Source of the DNA: Dimorphilus gyrociliatus
Taxonomy: Eukaryota; Animalia; Annelida
Direction: 5' to 3'
Assembly (NCBI GenBank): GCA_904063045.1
Contig: CAJFCJ010000010.1
Span: 620,001-684,000, forward strand
DNA length: 64,000 nucleotides
The notes beneath the pieces are model-generated. The model worked only from the letters and a program-made list of their open reading frames with translations, did no database searches and was not told the origin of the DNA. Positions within the stretch are counted from its first letter, which is position 1. Every line of letters starts with the position of its first letter. The position numbers and the translations under genes were made by a program. Shown here piece by piece: positions 24,804 to 37,191 of this stretch.

Positions 24804-26099
24804 AGCCGTATATATTATGCAGATGAATATTCATAAAAGAACAGGTATTTTTATTATACAAGTTTGGATATGTCGGGCTGTACCTTCTGATAGTTGATTA
24901 CAGAAAAGCAATTTAGGTAATTTAAAATGCGTAGGAAGAAATCTATGTAGAGAGGACTGCATTTCACTGTACTGTTACTGTATATATTATTAAAATGTGC
25001 GTCTGCATAAATTTTTCTACTGTTAGGCCAGCATATTCTACCAAAACGGAATTATAGTAAATATACTCTTCATCCGCACTGTATATGATAGGAAAATATG
25101 GTAGAAAAAAATATGCATAAATGCTTGTTACGCCTATTTTATTAAGTGAATTTAACATATTTTATTTATGCTAAGAAATTAATAAGGCTTGAAATTTTAT
25201 TAAGCTTTTCTTTACGGCATAAGTTTTTATGCTTTTTACTTTTATTCTTTCGGTGTTGGTTTAAATTTCTACCAAACAATAACTTGTACGGTTCATAAAT
25301 AAATACAGAATATATTTTTATTGGTCTTGTTGGTTGAATAATAAATAATAGATACTGTTAGATCGATATTTAGTATAATTGTCTACTTTGTTTCTCTATT
25401 TTTCTCTTATTCTCTCATACTTTCTTCTTGTTTTTTTTTTAAAAAGAAAAAGTTAATATTTTTTTTTCTACTTTTCTCTCAATCGTTTTCAAATACTTTT
25501 CTTATTAGAAACTTTTTTTTTTCATCACAGATTATCATTAGATGTTTTAGTTTTTAAAAAGAAATTATCATGAATTTTTCATTTCTTTCTTCCTTGTTTT
25601 TTATTATTATTATTATTGCTATCCATTTTCTATTCTTGTATAAAAGTTATGAATATTTATATAAATAAAGTATATACTGTAAATATGTATCATCCATGGA
25701 AAGAGCATATTTTTATACATTTTTCAAACTGGTTCCATTTTTTATTGTATCATAATAAAACCTTTGTTGTAGCTAATTTGAATTAAAAAATATAATAAAC
25801 GATTTTTTTCCATAGTTTATTGCCTGATTAAATATTATGTTTATTTAAGATTAAATATCCACAAATATTCGAATGTGCCAGCTCTTTTCACTAATGGACA
25901 ATAGTGGTCAGTTGTCAATTTTTTCTATCATATCTTTATAGTCGGCTAAATTGAATCAAAGCTTAACACACAGACACATATATATATATATATACAGTAT
26001 ATATATATATATGCACCAAAATATATACAATACATGAACATATCAATAAACATAATCCAAGTAGAGAGATATGCATATTCAATTTCTTTACCACAAGGA

Positions 26100-27950
26100 G
26101 CAGTTAACTAGTTATTTGGATGAGTGAAAAATGTTACTTTTATCATAAAAAAACATATTGGGAGTATCATTGAAAGTGTTAAAATATATATGATACGTTG
26201 GTCTCCTATCATAAAAAGAATGTCAATAATAAGAACAAAAATGCAATCAATGAACGACTTAATGAAAATGTTAATTGAATCGCAAAACTTGGTATGCTTT
26301 ACTGTAAACAACCCTTATAATTTACTGGATGTTTTACAATTCTTCACCATAAAATTTGTTACATAGTTTTCAATAAAGTTGATGATTTATTCAGTTCCTT
26401 TTTTTTATCACTTTCAACCAAAGAGAATGTAATGGGAAAAGTATTTTTTCTTAAAAGGTAAAACAATATGAGTCCTACTGAATAATTTTTGAAATTAAAA
26501 GCTTTTCAGCTCCCTGTGGTTGTCATAAGATGCTCTCAAAGGATGATTCGTTTAGTAATCAAATTATTTTCACTCGTGAGTGTAAAGCCTATCTTTCAAA
26601 CAAAACTTTATCAATCAATTAGTTGGTATTTTTATGCTATGTTAAAAATAACTTTAAACCCTGAATATCTTCTAAGGTGTTTAGATTCATGAAACGAACG
26701 ATTAAAATAAGATACTAGGTCAAAATTGTGACAAATAAAAACTAAATTAATAGAGTAAAGTTACTAAAAAGAGGAAAAAAAACCACAAATGAAAAATCTT
26801 ACCCTCTAAAAGATTATTGTAAATGAAATAAGTATCTTTTCCTTGTTACAATATCCTATAGGTATGATAGTTGCAAATAAATTTCGTTATAATACGTAAT
26901 AGAGTTACCATAAGCCTTTAATTTAATTACTAAATGTAAATGAAACACAATAAATTGAACAGGTACAAGATTGTGCTTAATGAATAATTGAAATCTATTT
27001 GAATATCCATAATCGTTTTGAAGAATAAGAATGGCATGGTATATATTAAACGATACATTCTAATGAATATTACCTGTGGATTAAAGTGCTCTAAAATTTC
27101 AGCTCTGTCGCGTGATTATAATTACTTTAGTTCGTTCATAAGTCAGCATTTTACCATTAATAAAATGTATCAAGTATGCCCATTACCCCATTTAAATTCG
27201 TAATGTAGAATTTATGGTCTATCTTTACCATACAGATTACTGAATAGAGTATAAGTTACTTAAAGTAAACAGTTATTAACGTTGTATACCCTTTTGAAAT
27301 TTATCATATAGGATAATTTCATAACAAATTTACCTAGCTAAAAAGATAAATTATGTTTATTCAGGAAGATATTCCATAGGTTTTCTGCGAAAAGAAAGTT
27401 CAAATGGACCTTGTCAAACATCTGGGAATGTTTTCCTCAAAACAGATACGCGAATGTTGGAGCAATTAAGTTCTCATTCAATGTTGAAACTGTTTGCTCT
27501 TATTTCTTGAATAACCTTCATACAAATTACATATTCCATCTCTTCTAATACTGTCTAAAATTTTTTATTATAACTAAATACCCGTCTTCGTTAAGGAATT
27601 TTCGTTTCTACCAGAATTTTTGATAACAAGTTGTTGAATTATTGCTTTTGAAATTCTGATCATTTTTTCTTATAAAAAAGATATGTGCTATCTGTTAGTT
27701 TAAACATAAAGGACCTTGAAAATAAGGGAGTGTGGTGGCACATGAAGTAAAATATTTGCATATCACAAGCCTAAAGCAACTCTTGACCTACAATTCAAAT
27801 TTGCCAAGGGGTTTTGGATCCTTTCTGGAGCATCGATTGAAATATTTTATGAAACATTCGGCATATATTTTTCATTTAATCTTTTTTTTGAATTTGGATA
27901 TGATTGCAAATTCTAATGTATTTATGCTTGTATGAATTATGTGTCTTTAG
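26100..27950 (-). mobile_element. Possible highly degenerate non-LTR retrotransposon (RT) remnant
   Basis: Stop- and frameshift-riddled minus-strand fragments, including MFDKVHLNFLF (about 27385-27420, resembling RT KAFDxVxH) and LYDKFQKGIQR. Weak, motif-level only. Confidence 0.2.
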
Positions 27951-28161
27951 ATCATCCACCGGTTCATATTTTAGCTTATTCAAGCATGTAATATCCAGTT
28001 AGTATTACAGTTAATTATTGACTTTCACATTCCCGATCTTATGATTACATTGTAAGCATAGTATAATTAATATGTCGTTCAAAATGCACGAAGCAAACAT
28101 GGAACAGAAAATAAGAGGGAAAAAAGCACGAGGGTAGGAAAGAGAGAAAACGAATGAGAGA

Positions 28162-28165
<4 letters not shown>

Positions 28166-28203
<38 letters not shown>

Positions 28204-28282
28204 AGGAGGGGGTTACGAAGAAAGAACGTGTGTGTGTGTGTGTGAGAGTGAGTGAGTGAGCGAGTGAGTGAGTGAGTGAGAG
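28166..28282. repeat. Compound microsatellite (GA)n-(GT)n-(GAGT)n
   Basis: Seen directly; it explains the spurious SL/TH-repeat ORF 28079-28363. Confidence 0.9.
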
Positions 28283-29153
28283 GAGGAATAAAAAAAAAGA
28301 GAGAGAGAGCGAAGCAGAGGAGGAAAGAAATAGACCGACAGCAAGGAATGCGAATGTCTGCATTTTAAAGTCAAGTTAGGAGTGTCTTTTCAGCTTTTAT
28401 CGGAAAATTTAGAATTCGTCGTGAAAGACGAGAGCTCTTTGGATCCTTTGTCAAAAGAAATACAAGGACTAAAATAAAGAAAAGAATATGTAAATACTTA
28501 CATTTCTCTGCACTTTGAAATCGGCTACAAAATATATTTATATCAAATATGTTTACGCACATAAATAATACATAAATATGTTCATAACAGAATAGGCCTG
28601 AAAGGAATAATAGCCATACTTATCAATTAAGAATGCATTTGAATAGCAATAAACAATAAAAATTAACTTTACGTAAGGAAGTGGAGATTAAATACAAATT
28701 GAAAGTGTATATCATTTGATAAGGCGAAACTCAGTATTCGATACATTTTTATATTTCGTATATACAAGCACGCACACGCGTATTCGTGTGTACATTTAGA
28801 AGCAAATAGATGTACGCTAAATGTACTACCACGGATGGAAATACGTGTTAGAGAGTATATATAATTTAATATATATATATATATATATATATAGATTCTA
28901 TATACAATTATATATACAATACATAAGGATAACATAATTGCACAAGTATGTGCGCGTGTGCGTATATTTTTATATAAAATTGTTTAAATATATCTCTTCC
29001 GAACCCTGGCCATCGGTCAGCGTCCGCTACGAAAATCGAACGCGGCAGCAAAAGCTTTCGGCTTTAGAAAACTCGCGCGCCATTGATTATGCAGCAGGCT
29101 GCATACTGCTGACTGTGTGTCACGTGAATGCATGCATTATGCGGAGAGCGCAG

Positions 29154-29335
29154 TATAAAAAAGGAGGCCTGCTAGTAAAAATTTTCGGCCTGTACCGCCA
29201 TATTGGTTCGATACCGATTATATACTTGAAAATTAGGTATTGTGTATCGTATTTTTTTCGAATATACAGCCGCAAAACTGCAAACTAACGAATTCGCAGG
29301 AGTGCACGGCCGACAAACTGGACGTTGTGACGTCA
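29154..29335 (+). promoter_or_regulatory. Promoter-like CpG-rich segment with TATAAAA (29154-29160) and perfect CRE TGACGTCA (29328-29335) upstream of the zinc-finger gene
   Basis: Exact consensus matches in a CG-rich block just upstream of acceptor TTTTTTGCAG|ATG at 29431/29432. Confidence 0.4.
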
Positions 29336-29431
29336 TAGGCAGCAGGCGTTGCTATGACGACTGACAGGCTCATGTGCACTCGAGACTGCGTGCTGCATGA
29401 AGGCTAGTCGATATATTGCAGTTTTTTGCAG

Positions 29432-32400
29432 ATGAACGACGAGTCGGGCTCAGAACTGTTGCAAACGGCCGTCACTCTGGCGACACTCGCCAATCCGTCC
29501 TTAATGGCCGGTTGGCGAAGAGAGGAGGAGACCGCGAAATTAGTGGACAGGACTTGTACGTTTTGTGGTAGTGTTCGTAATTCTCCAGCTGATTTGCAAA
29601 GGCACCTGAGAAAGCATACAGGAGAGCGACCTTTCAAATGCGAACGTTGTCCGAAGGCTTTTAAAGCTAAGAGGAGTTTACAGTACCATCTGCATTTGCA
29701 ACACGCCGGTGAGGATGAAGATGAGGTTATTAAGAAGAAAATTAAGAGAGAAGATCCCAATTTGAGTTCAGAACAGCTGGATGAGATGTATGACAGGAAA
29801 ATGTGCGGATTTTGCGCAAAACGATGCGAAGATAGACAAGATTTGCTGTCGCATGTCCGTCTACATATCGACTCTTCTTCGGATTTTGATGGTAAATAGT
29901 TTTATTTTCCAACACTATTTAAACATCATTCGCGTCGCTTACGAGTTTTTTTTATGTTGTGCTTATTCTGAAATCGTATGAGAAAGCCCCAAGAATCCAA
30001 ATTGAAAATCCCAATTCCATTCCTCTCTCTCCCTTATCGAACCAAGAAATAGGAGCTATCAAGCTAAGATTCGTTCTGAAATTCACTTTCTTGTGCTCTT
30101 AAACGAATAACCATTTCTGAAAGAGCTGCCAATGCGTACGATTTCGTTCCGGTTTTGGTAATTAGCGGATATCTAGATTCGGGAACTCCGATCTATATTG
30201 GTTTAATAACGATTACTGTAGAATTTAATAGGCGTATACGAGTGTTTTTCTACATGTAGAATATATTATATAGTGCATGTTATACATATAAATATGGCAT
30301 GCTAGTTAAAAAATTGTTAATATCAGGTACAAAAGAAATATTTATACATTTTTTTAAAATAGAAACTAAGAGAAAAGTCAAAGTAAAAAAAAAAGAAAGA
30401 AAAGAAAAAACAAGTAGCAAGAATGACGATTGTTGTCTAATTTGTTTAAATAGTATTGAGGTTCTTTTTTATCTATAGCAAAACGATAAATAATAACAAT
30501 GGAAACAAAATTCTAAGCCATTTTAAAGAAGAAAAAAAAAGAATACATAAAAATGTATGATATAAAAAAGAACACAGTATAATTTTATATTAGTAGCGGG
30601 AAAGTCGTACGAATAGGTATATATTAATATTATGAGAAGTGACAAAATGAACAACTAGCAGAAAAGTACTGGTTCAATAAGGGAGTATAGCGTATCAATA
30701 ACTAATATAGATTGTATAGATTTTTTGGTCCCTTTTTTTTCAAACCATTCAAGAAAGAGCGTCAGTTTATTCATTGATTAACGAACCTAAAAAATATTCT
30801 ACTATTATTTAATAATTGCTGTATTCCATTTTTATATATATATATACAGTATATCTTGCCTCCCGCCCCCTCTCGCTTTCTTTATTTATTATTATTCAAA
30901 TCAAAGTATCTCCTTTTTCTACCTTTTATCGCTTTTGTTTTGTACGTTTCTTTTCTAATTCTTTTTTATAGGGTTGATCGAAGAAACGGAAAGCTCATCT
31001 GAAGAATCAACGGCGGACGGTGAAAGCGTCGATTTTGGTGACGAGAATGAAGTAAGCGGAGTAGAAGCGGAAATTTCCAGCGACGTTTTATATGTGAAAA
31101 CCGATACGAAATTTAACGAACGCATAAGATTGCAAAGGGAGACTGTAGTAGTTAGTCGTTTGGATGGCTTGACCGATTCGGGTAGAAAAGTCACCTTATT
31201 CAGATGTCATCTTTGCGGAAGGATACAGGGATCATTAAGATCACTTCATTCTCATCTCGCTATCCATTCCGGAAAGACAGAAATTGGTAAAAACAAAGAG
31301 GAAGCTGAAGACAGTGGTTCAGGTTCTATCACAGTATGTATTTTTTTTTTCAAGGGTTGTCTTGCTACATATTTATCAATATTTTGGTCGAAATGAGCAG
31401 TAACATAGGCCTAAATACTCCCTATCCACACATTCTCTTTCACTCTCTCTCATGCTCTCTCTTTTCCTATCTTTTTTCTGCAACGCAAGGCAAAACGTAT
31501 TAAATTTTTTTAGGTATGCGAATAGATGGCTATGCGCATGCGAAGTGAAAAACAGACCCCTTTTCTCTTACTCCACCCATTTTTTCTTTCACCCTCAGAA
31601 CGATTTTGAGGATAGCTTTTTCTTTTCAACTATTTGCTTCCATTCCGTATAAAATAATGTTATATTTATTTGTCTAATGGGATAAACTAGGGTGATAGGC
31701 TGTATCGGTTTACTATTCTCAAAGCTGTGGGAGACGAGATGAGCATGGCCTCCGAGTCCAGCAAAATTCATGGACTGACATTGTGTCCTAACGGGCGAGT
31801 AGGGACGCCTAGATTTCATGAACTATGAAAGATATATTAACCCATACACTACATACAAAATAGTTGCCTGTTTGATATTGCAGAATAGTTACTTTTTAGA
31901 GGGTATTTACGTTGAAAATGTACTAAATAATTGATAAAAGGACGATTTCGCTCACCACGCCATCTGGATGTTGATTAGATAACAGAATTGAGAGAGGAAG
32001 ACTATAAAAAAAAAACTAGAAAAAAAATAGAAGGGAAAGAGAGGAGGCGAAAAACGATGATAGACTAAGAAAAAGGAAGAGGAAAGCGTAGATAAACGTA
32101 CATTTAGTGTTCGCCGTCAAATTCGTTCTCTTTCAAGCAGCATTGTTTTTCTATTTTAGGCATAAAAACATACTTTTTATATATATATACCTCTTATTGG
32201 ACCATTGAATTTCTCTATTAATTCAAACCATATATTATTCATGTACGTAACTTCTGATCAATGTTTTCTTTCAGTTTATTTTTTTTTAAATCTTGCCTAT
32301 CATTGATTTTTCGTTATCACAAGGTTTTTTTGACACTTTACCATATTTGTATATAATATAGCACTGTCACCACTTCAATATATCCGCAAACACACATCAT

Positions 32401-33832
32401 ATGCGTATCTCATAGTTTTCGTAGCCTCTATCAATAGTTATTTTCTTTTTAAAAAAAAAATAAAAGGGTTTCCTATAATTGTTACATAATTATGAGATTA
32501 GTCTATTTGTTTATAATAATGAAAAAATTGATAAAGATTTAAGAAAATATTAGATTAGAGCGTAAAAAGAGGGATGAATGGTTATAATGACGTTTATGTG
32601 TTTATACATCAATATGATTGTTGGTAGTGGTTTTCTTTATAGAGCGAAAAGCTGGTAGGTAACTGTATGGGGAAAGAGACGCTCTTTATTTTTAATTTAA
32701 AAAGAATTGTAGGGATTAAAAACAGAAAAAGAAGTAGAATAGATAAGAAATGAGAGAGAGAATTAGTTGAGTTGACATAGGATTTTTCCCTTCCTTAATT
32801 ATACATTTTATAACCTGACAAACTACGGTTGGAAAACTTATTAGATTAATAGTGTAAATTCATAGGACTATTTAGTGAGAAGAGGTAAACCCTTGATATA
32901 AAGTTCTAATTAGTGCATTGAGTAATAACGCTTAACAGTTTATGATTCATCTTCTTTGGTAGTATAACCTTCTTTCATCGTTGCAGGTACCGGAAAATTA
33001 CAAGCCTGATTCAGTGGTAGTCAAAATTGTGGATGGAGAGGAGGTAAAATATTCTAGATATAACGGCGCGTTCGTCTGCAGATTCTGCCCGAAAGCCTTC
33101 TATCGATTATTCAGTTTGCAACGTCACGAACGTACGCATACGGGTCATAAACCGTGCTCTTGTCCAGTTTGTTGCCGAAAATTTTCGGAACCCAGAAATT
33201 TACGGGCCCATATGCTAAGGTTTCACGAAGGTTAGTTGTTTTCTTCATCAAAGTATTCGTAATAGTTATTGTTTGTTGCTATAATCGATATTATTAAGGG
33301 GTAATAGGATATTATTTCCTTGAATTTCGTATTATAAAAAGGTGACAAGCTGAAAGTTACGTACGCGTAACTGGATAGGTAAATAAATTTGACATTAAAA
33401 AAAGCCTTCTCGATCATTAAGCTTCGTGGATTCGGTTACACATCAACTTTTACTGGGCAACAAACATCGGCGTGCTTCTCTCTCTCTCTCTTTCTGTTTC
33501 TCTCTCTCTCTTCTCTCTATCTCTCTCCATAGTCTTAAATCTTATCATTTTGATTGGAAGAGATAAATTACATAATCGAACATATTTTAAAGAACAGGGT
33601 ATATCTTATCCAAATGTTTTAAATTTATTAAATTTTTTCAACAGTTTCAAACATCAATCTTTCTCTTCTCTATTTTTTACCGAGAATCGAAAAAACGTGT
33701 TCAATCTAGAAAGTATTATTTTATGTTGTATAAAGCACGAGCAGTTGCTGACCTAAAATAATATTTTCTCTTATTTTTTCTCTCTCTCCCTCTCTCACGT
33801 AGAAAACGTAAAAAGCGTTCTCTCGTTTAGTT

Positions 33833-33863
<31 letters not shown>

Positions 33864-36800
33864 TTCTTTCAATTTAAATCAAATTTAAATTATTTACATT
33901 ATTTTTCAAATTTTTTGAAAGAGGAAAGAAACGAAATAATCAACTTTTTATTCCTATGTTCCTCCTCCTGCCCCCCGTAAAATTAGTAATATTCTTTGTT
34001 AACTATATCAACTTTCCTCCTCTCTGTATGTAAACGAAGATGGTGAATGGAAATAAAAAAAAAGGGAAAATGTTCTATTTTCTTACTCTTAGGGAAAATC
34101 TAAAATGCAAAAGTTAGGCGTCACGCGATTTACAACGGAAACGCTTAAGAGTTTCTATATAACTGCACACGGTCCATAAGCTAATGCTGGCTGTCTGTTT
34201 TCTCTCCTACATATTTTTTTTATCAAACCAAAACTCCTTACATCAAAAGATGTTTTCCTGGACTCAGTGTTGTGGTTTTGAGTTCTTGTTTGTTACAGAG
34301 AATGAGGGAAAAGTTTCCTCTTCAAAGTGAATTTTATAAGATTCTTAGCCCAAGAACTCTTCGGCTTTCAAAGTATTCAATTTCAATTTATGCAAATGCT
34401 TTATAGGAATATATTCAAATTATTCTACACTAAATATAAAAGAAATGTTGACGTGTAATGATAAGATACTAGTGTATATATTTATATACTGTATATATGT
34501 TATATATTGCTATAACTATCTGCCTACGTGTATATTTTTGTATGTCTAAATATATCTATATATAATGCGAGACAACCCGATTACAGGTCACGAACACTGT
34601 TTACCGGCAAACAGCCGACAAACAAGTCAGCGGCTGGCCCCTGTTTCGAATGATATGCTTAAAAAGACTGAGAATGGCAGGGAAGAGAAGGATGAAGATG
34701 GGGAGGTGGAAAAAGTGGCATCGAGCGTTACTTTATCGCGTCTAATCAGACCGCAGATTTCGTCTCTTCCATTAGCTGCAGCGCCGTTCTTTACGACTTT
34801 GGGCTCGCATTTCCCCTACGCTCTACCACTCGGCATTAACGCCGATAATCCGCTGCTGAATTACATCGCATCAGCGACATCCGTTTCAACGCCAGTTTCA
34901 ACTACTGTTAGTTCAACGGCAAGTCAGCAAGATGCTATTTCTGTTTCGAAGAGTTCTTCGCTATCCAAGACGCATTCGAGGTAAACAAGGGAACCGAATG
35001 TATAATTGAATCCTATTTAAAAAAGAGGAGGGGACGACATCTGCAGGCTATCTTTAAACAATACCGGTTTCCAATTAAAGATTTCACCACTGTTTCGTCC
35101 TTTCATTGGAAACGCCCCCTCCTCTACTTGGAAAATCGTTACTTTAGATTAGGCAAGATAGGAAGGGTTAGAAGGTGTAATGTAAAGGAGATAACTTTTT
35201 TATGTTAACAGGTTATCAGAGCTTAGCCAGTAGCATTCTTATTAGTAGGAGACAAACAGATAAGACAAACTTTTCATTGGAAGGAAATTTCACCGTTTTC
35301 CTTAGATATTTCTTTCAGGCACTAACTATGATTTTTAGATATATCAATTTGTTGATAAATACATACTGTATATTAAGGTTGATAGTTGTAAGAACAAACG
35401 CTGCAAGCACATAGTCTTGAATATTGTAAATATAGGCGAAATAGGCAATAATTATAATAAATTGTCGGTCGAACAAGTAAGAAATGATTAGCTGCCGGCT
35501 AAGAAATTAAATTTTCCAGACTAAACGTCGTTAGGACGCCAGTAAGCCGAGAGGATGCTTGTAAACCCATCCAGATGTCGGATGGCAGAACAGTCTTCAG
35601 ATGCACCTATTGTAATAAGGATTTTGGTTCTTATTCAGACATAAATCGCCATATGGATTTCCACGAAGGTTCAAGTGAACTAATCAAGATAGCATAATGA
35701 TTTCCAAGCTTAATTAACATAATTTATATCATACAGATGTGCGCCCGTACAAATGCAAATTTTGCGATTATTTCGCTAGAACTAATAGTCAACTGAAGGT
35801 GCACTTAATGAGGCACCAAGGTGAGTTTGATTGTTCTCTTTGAAATTTCTACCACGTTTTTAGCCATTTTTTGTCCCCATATACCTTTTGTTATTATTTT
35901 ATAAGTGTTTTTTTTCTTACACCTATAGGCTTATATAAATATAGCTCACCCCACGATTCAACGGTTTAGTCATGATGTTTACCCTTGGTCTCTTTCTTTT
36001 TCTATTATCATTATATCAGAGGATTTCTCTGGCTAAGGACGTTAAATGATTAATGATTATCTCTTTAGAAGAATAACCTCATACTAATTTGTTCTTTGAA
36101 GAATTATATACACTAGGATAGTTATAAAGATATAAAACATGGTGTAGTAGATAAATATAAACATCTAATTGATAATCACATCTATTTTCTATTTTAAATA
36201 CTTAAAAAGATGATAGAAAGTTTATAATGAAGAGAATTTCGCAATATTTTCCTAAAACATCACACGCCATCTATCGAGGGAAAGCAATTGTATATCACCT
36301 TAAGCAGAATGATAAGATATTCATATATTCATTTATTACTATTATATTTAGTATATATTATTTATAAATATTAATCCAATAATTTTGACGTAACTATTAC
36401 TCGATTTTGTAGTATAATCCATTAATAATTAATGAATTTCTCATTATAAAAATGCATATTATTTTAATATTTACAGATATATATATATATTAGTATATAT
36501 ATATACAAATATAAATATATATACAGTATATATTCATTCATTCCTAGAATCTTTTCTTTTTTATATATCTGTCAAGAGAAAACAGAAAAAAGGTTATCTT
36601 TCTTTTTATATTTACTATCCAATTTCTAAAAGATGGGCCGCTGTTACTCCTACAATGTTTCTTTTATTTATTCTAGAAAATTGTAACATAGTTATTATCA
36701 AAATGATATTATTAGTTTTTTTTTTAAAACTAATTTGTAAATATTATAAAAAAAAAGTGATGTAAGATGGGAGGAAAGAAAAGCGTGTGACAGGCAGGAC

Positions 36801-37191
36801 TAGCATAATTTGTTGAGTTTGACAACGTCTTCGTGTTACCTAGTTTTTTGCAACCAGCATAAAAATATCCTTCTTCTTCTGTGTTTCTCCCTCACCCTAT
36901 ATTTAGTCACTTCCTTTCCAATTGGCCTAGGTTTCTTTTTTAATTAACTTATTACCAATAATTTATTGTGAAAAATAATAATGACTATTTTTTTTTCTTG
37001 CTTCAGGTATTAGAGAATTTCATTGTAAGTTGTGCAATTATAAGGGCGTTACGCAATCCGATCTCAACCGACACACAAAATCGCAGATACATATGTTAAA
37101 ATCGCAAAATGCCTGTAAACAATGCGGTGAAGGTTTTGTGTCCCCCAAGAATCTTGATAAACATATGACAGTTTGTCAATTATCGAACTAA
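29432..37191 (+). CDS. Multi-zinc-finger transcription factor, 10 fingers (9 C2H2 + terminal C2HC), about 625 aa
   Basis: Exons 29432-29891, 30972-31333, 32987-33230, 34587-34980, 35520-35668, 35737-35820, 37007-37191 (1878 nt), all phase-compatible. Linkers HTGERPFKC, HTGHKPCSC, HEDVRPYKC, HQGIREFHC. Orthologue not recognised; the start may extend into an upstream exon. Confidence 0.9.

Noticed and set aside
28079-28363. 94-aa ORF rich in SL/TH repeats
   Set aside because: It is a translation of the (GA)n/(GT)n/(GAGT)n microsatellite.
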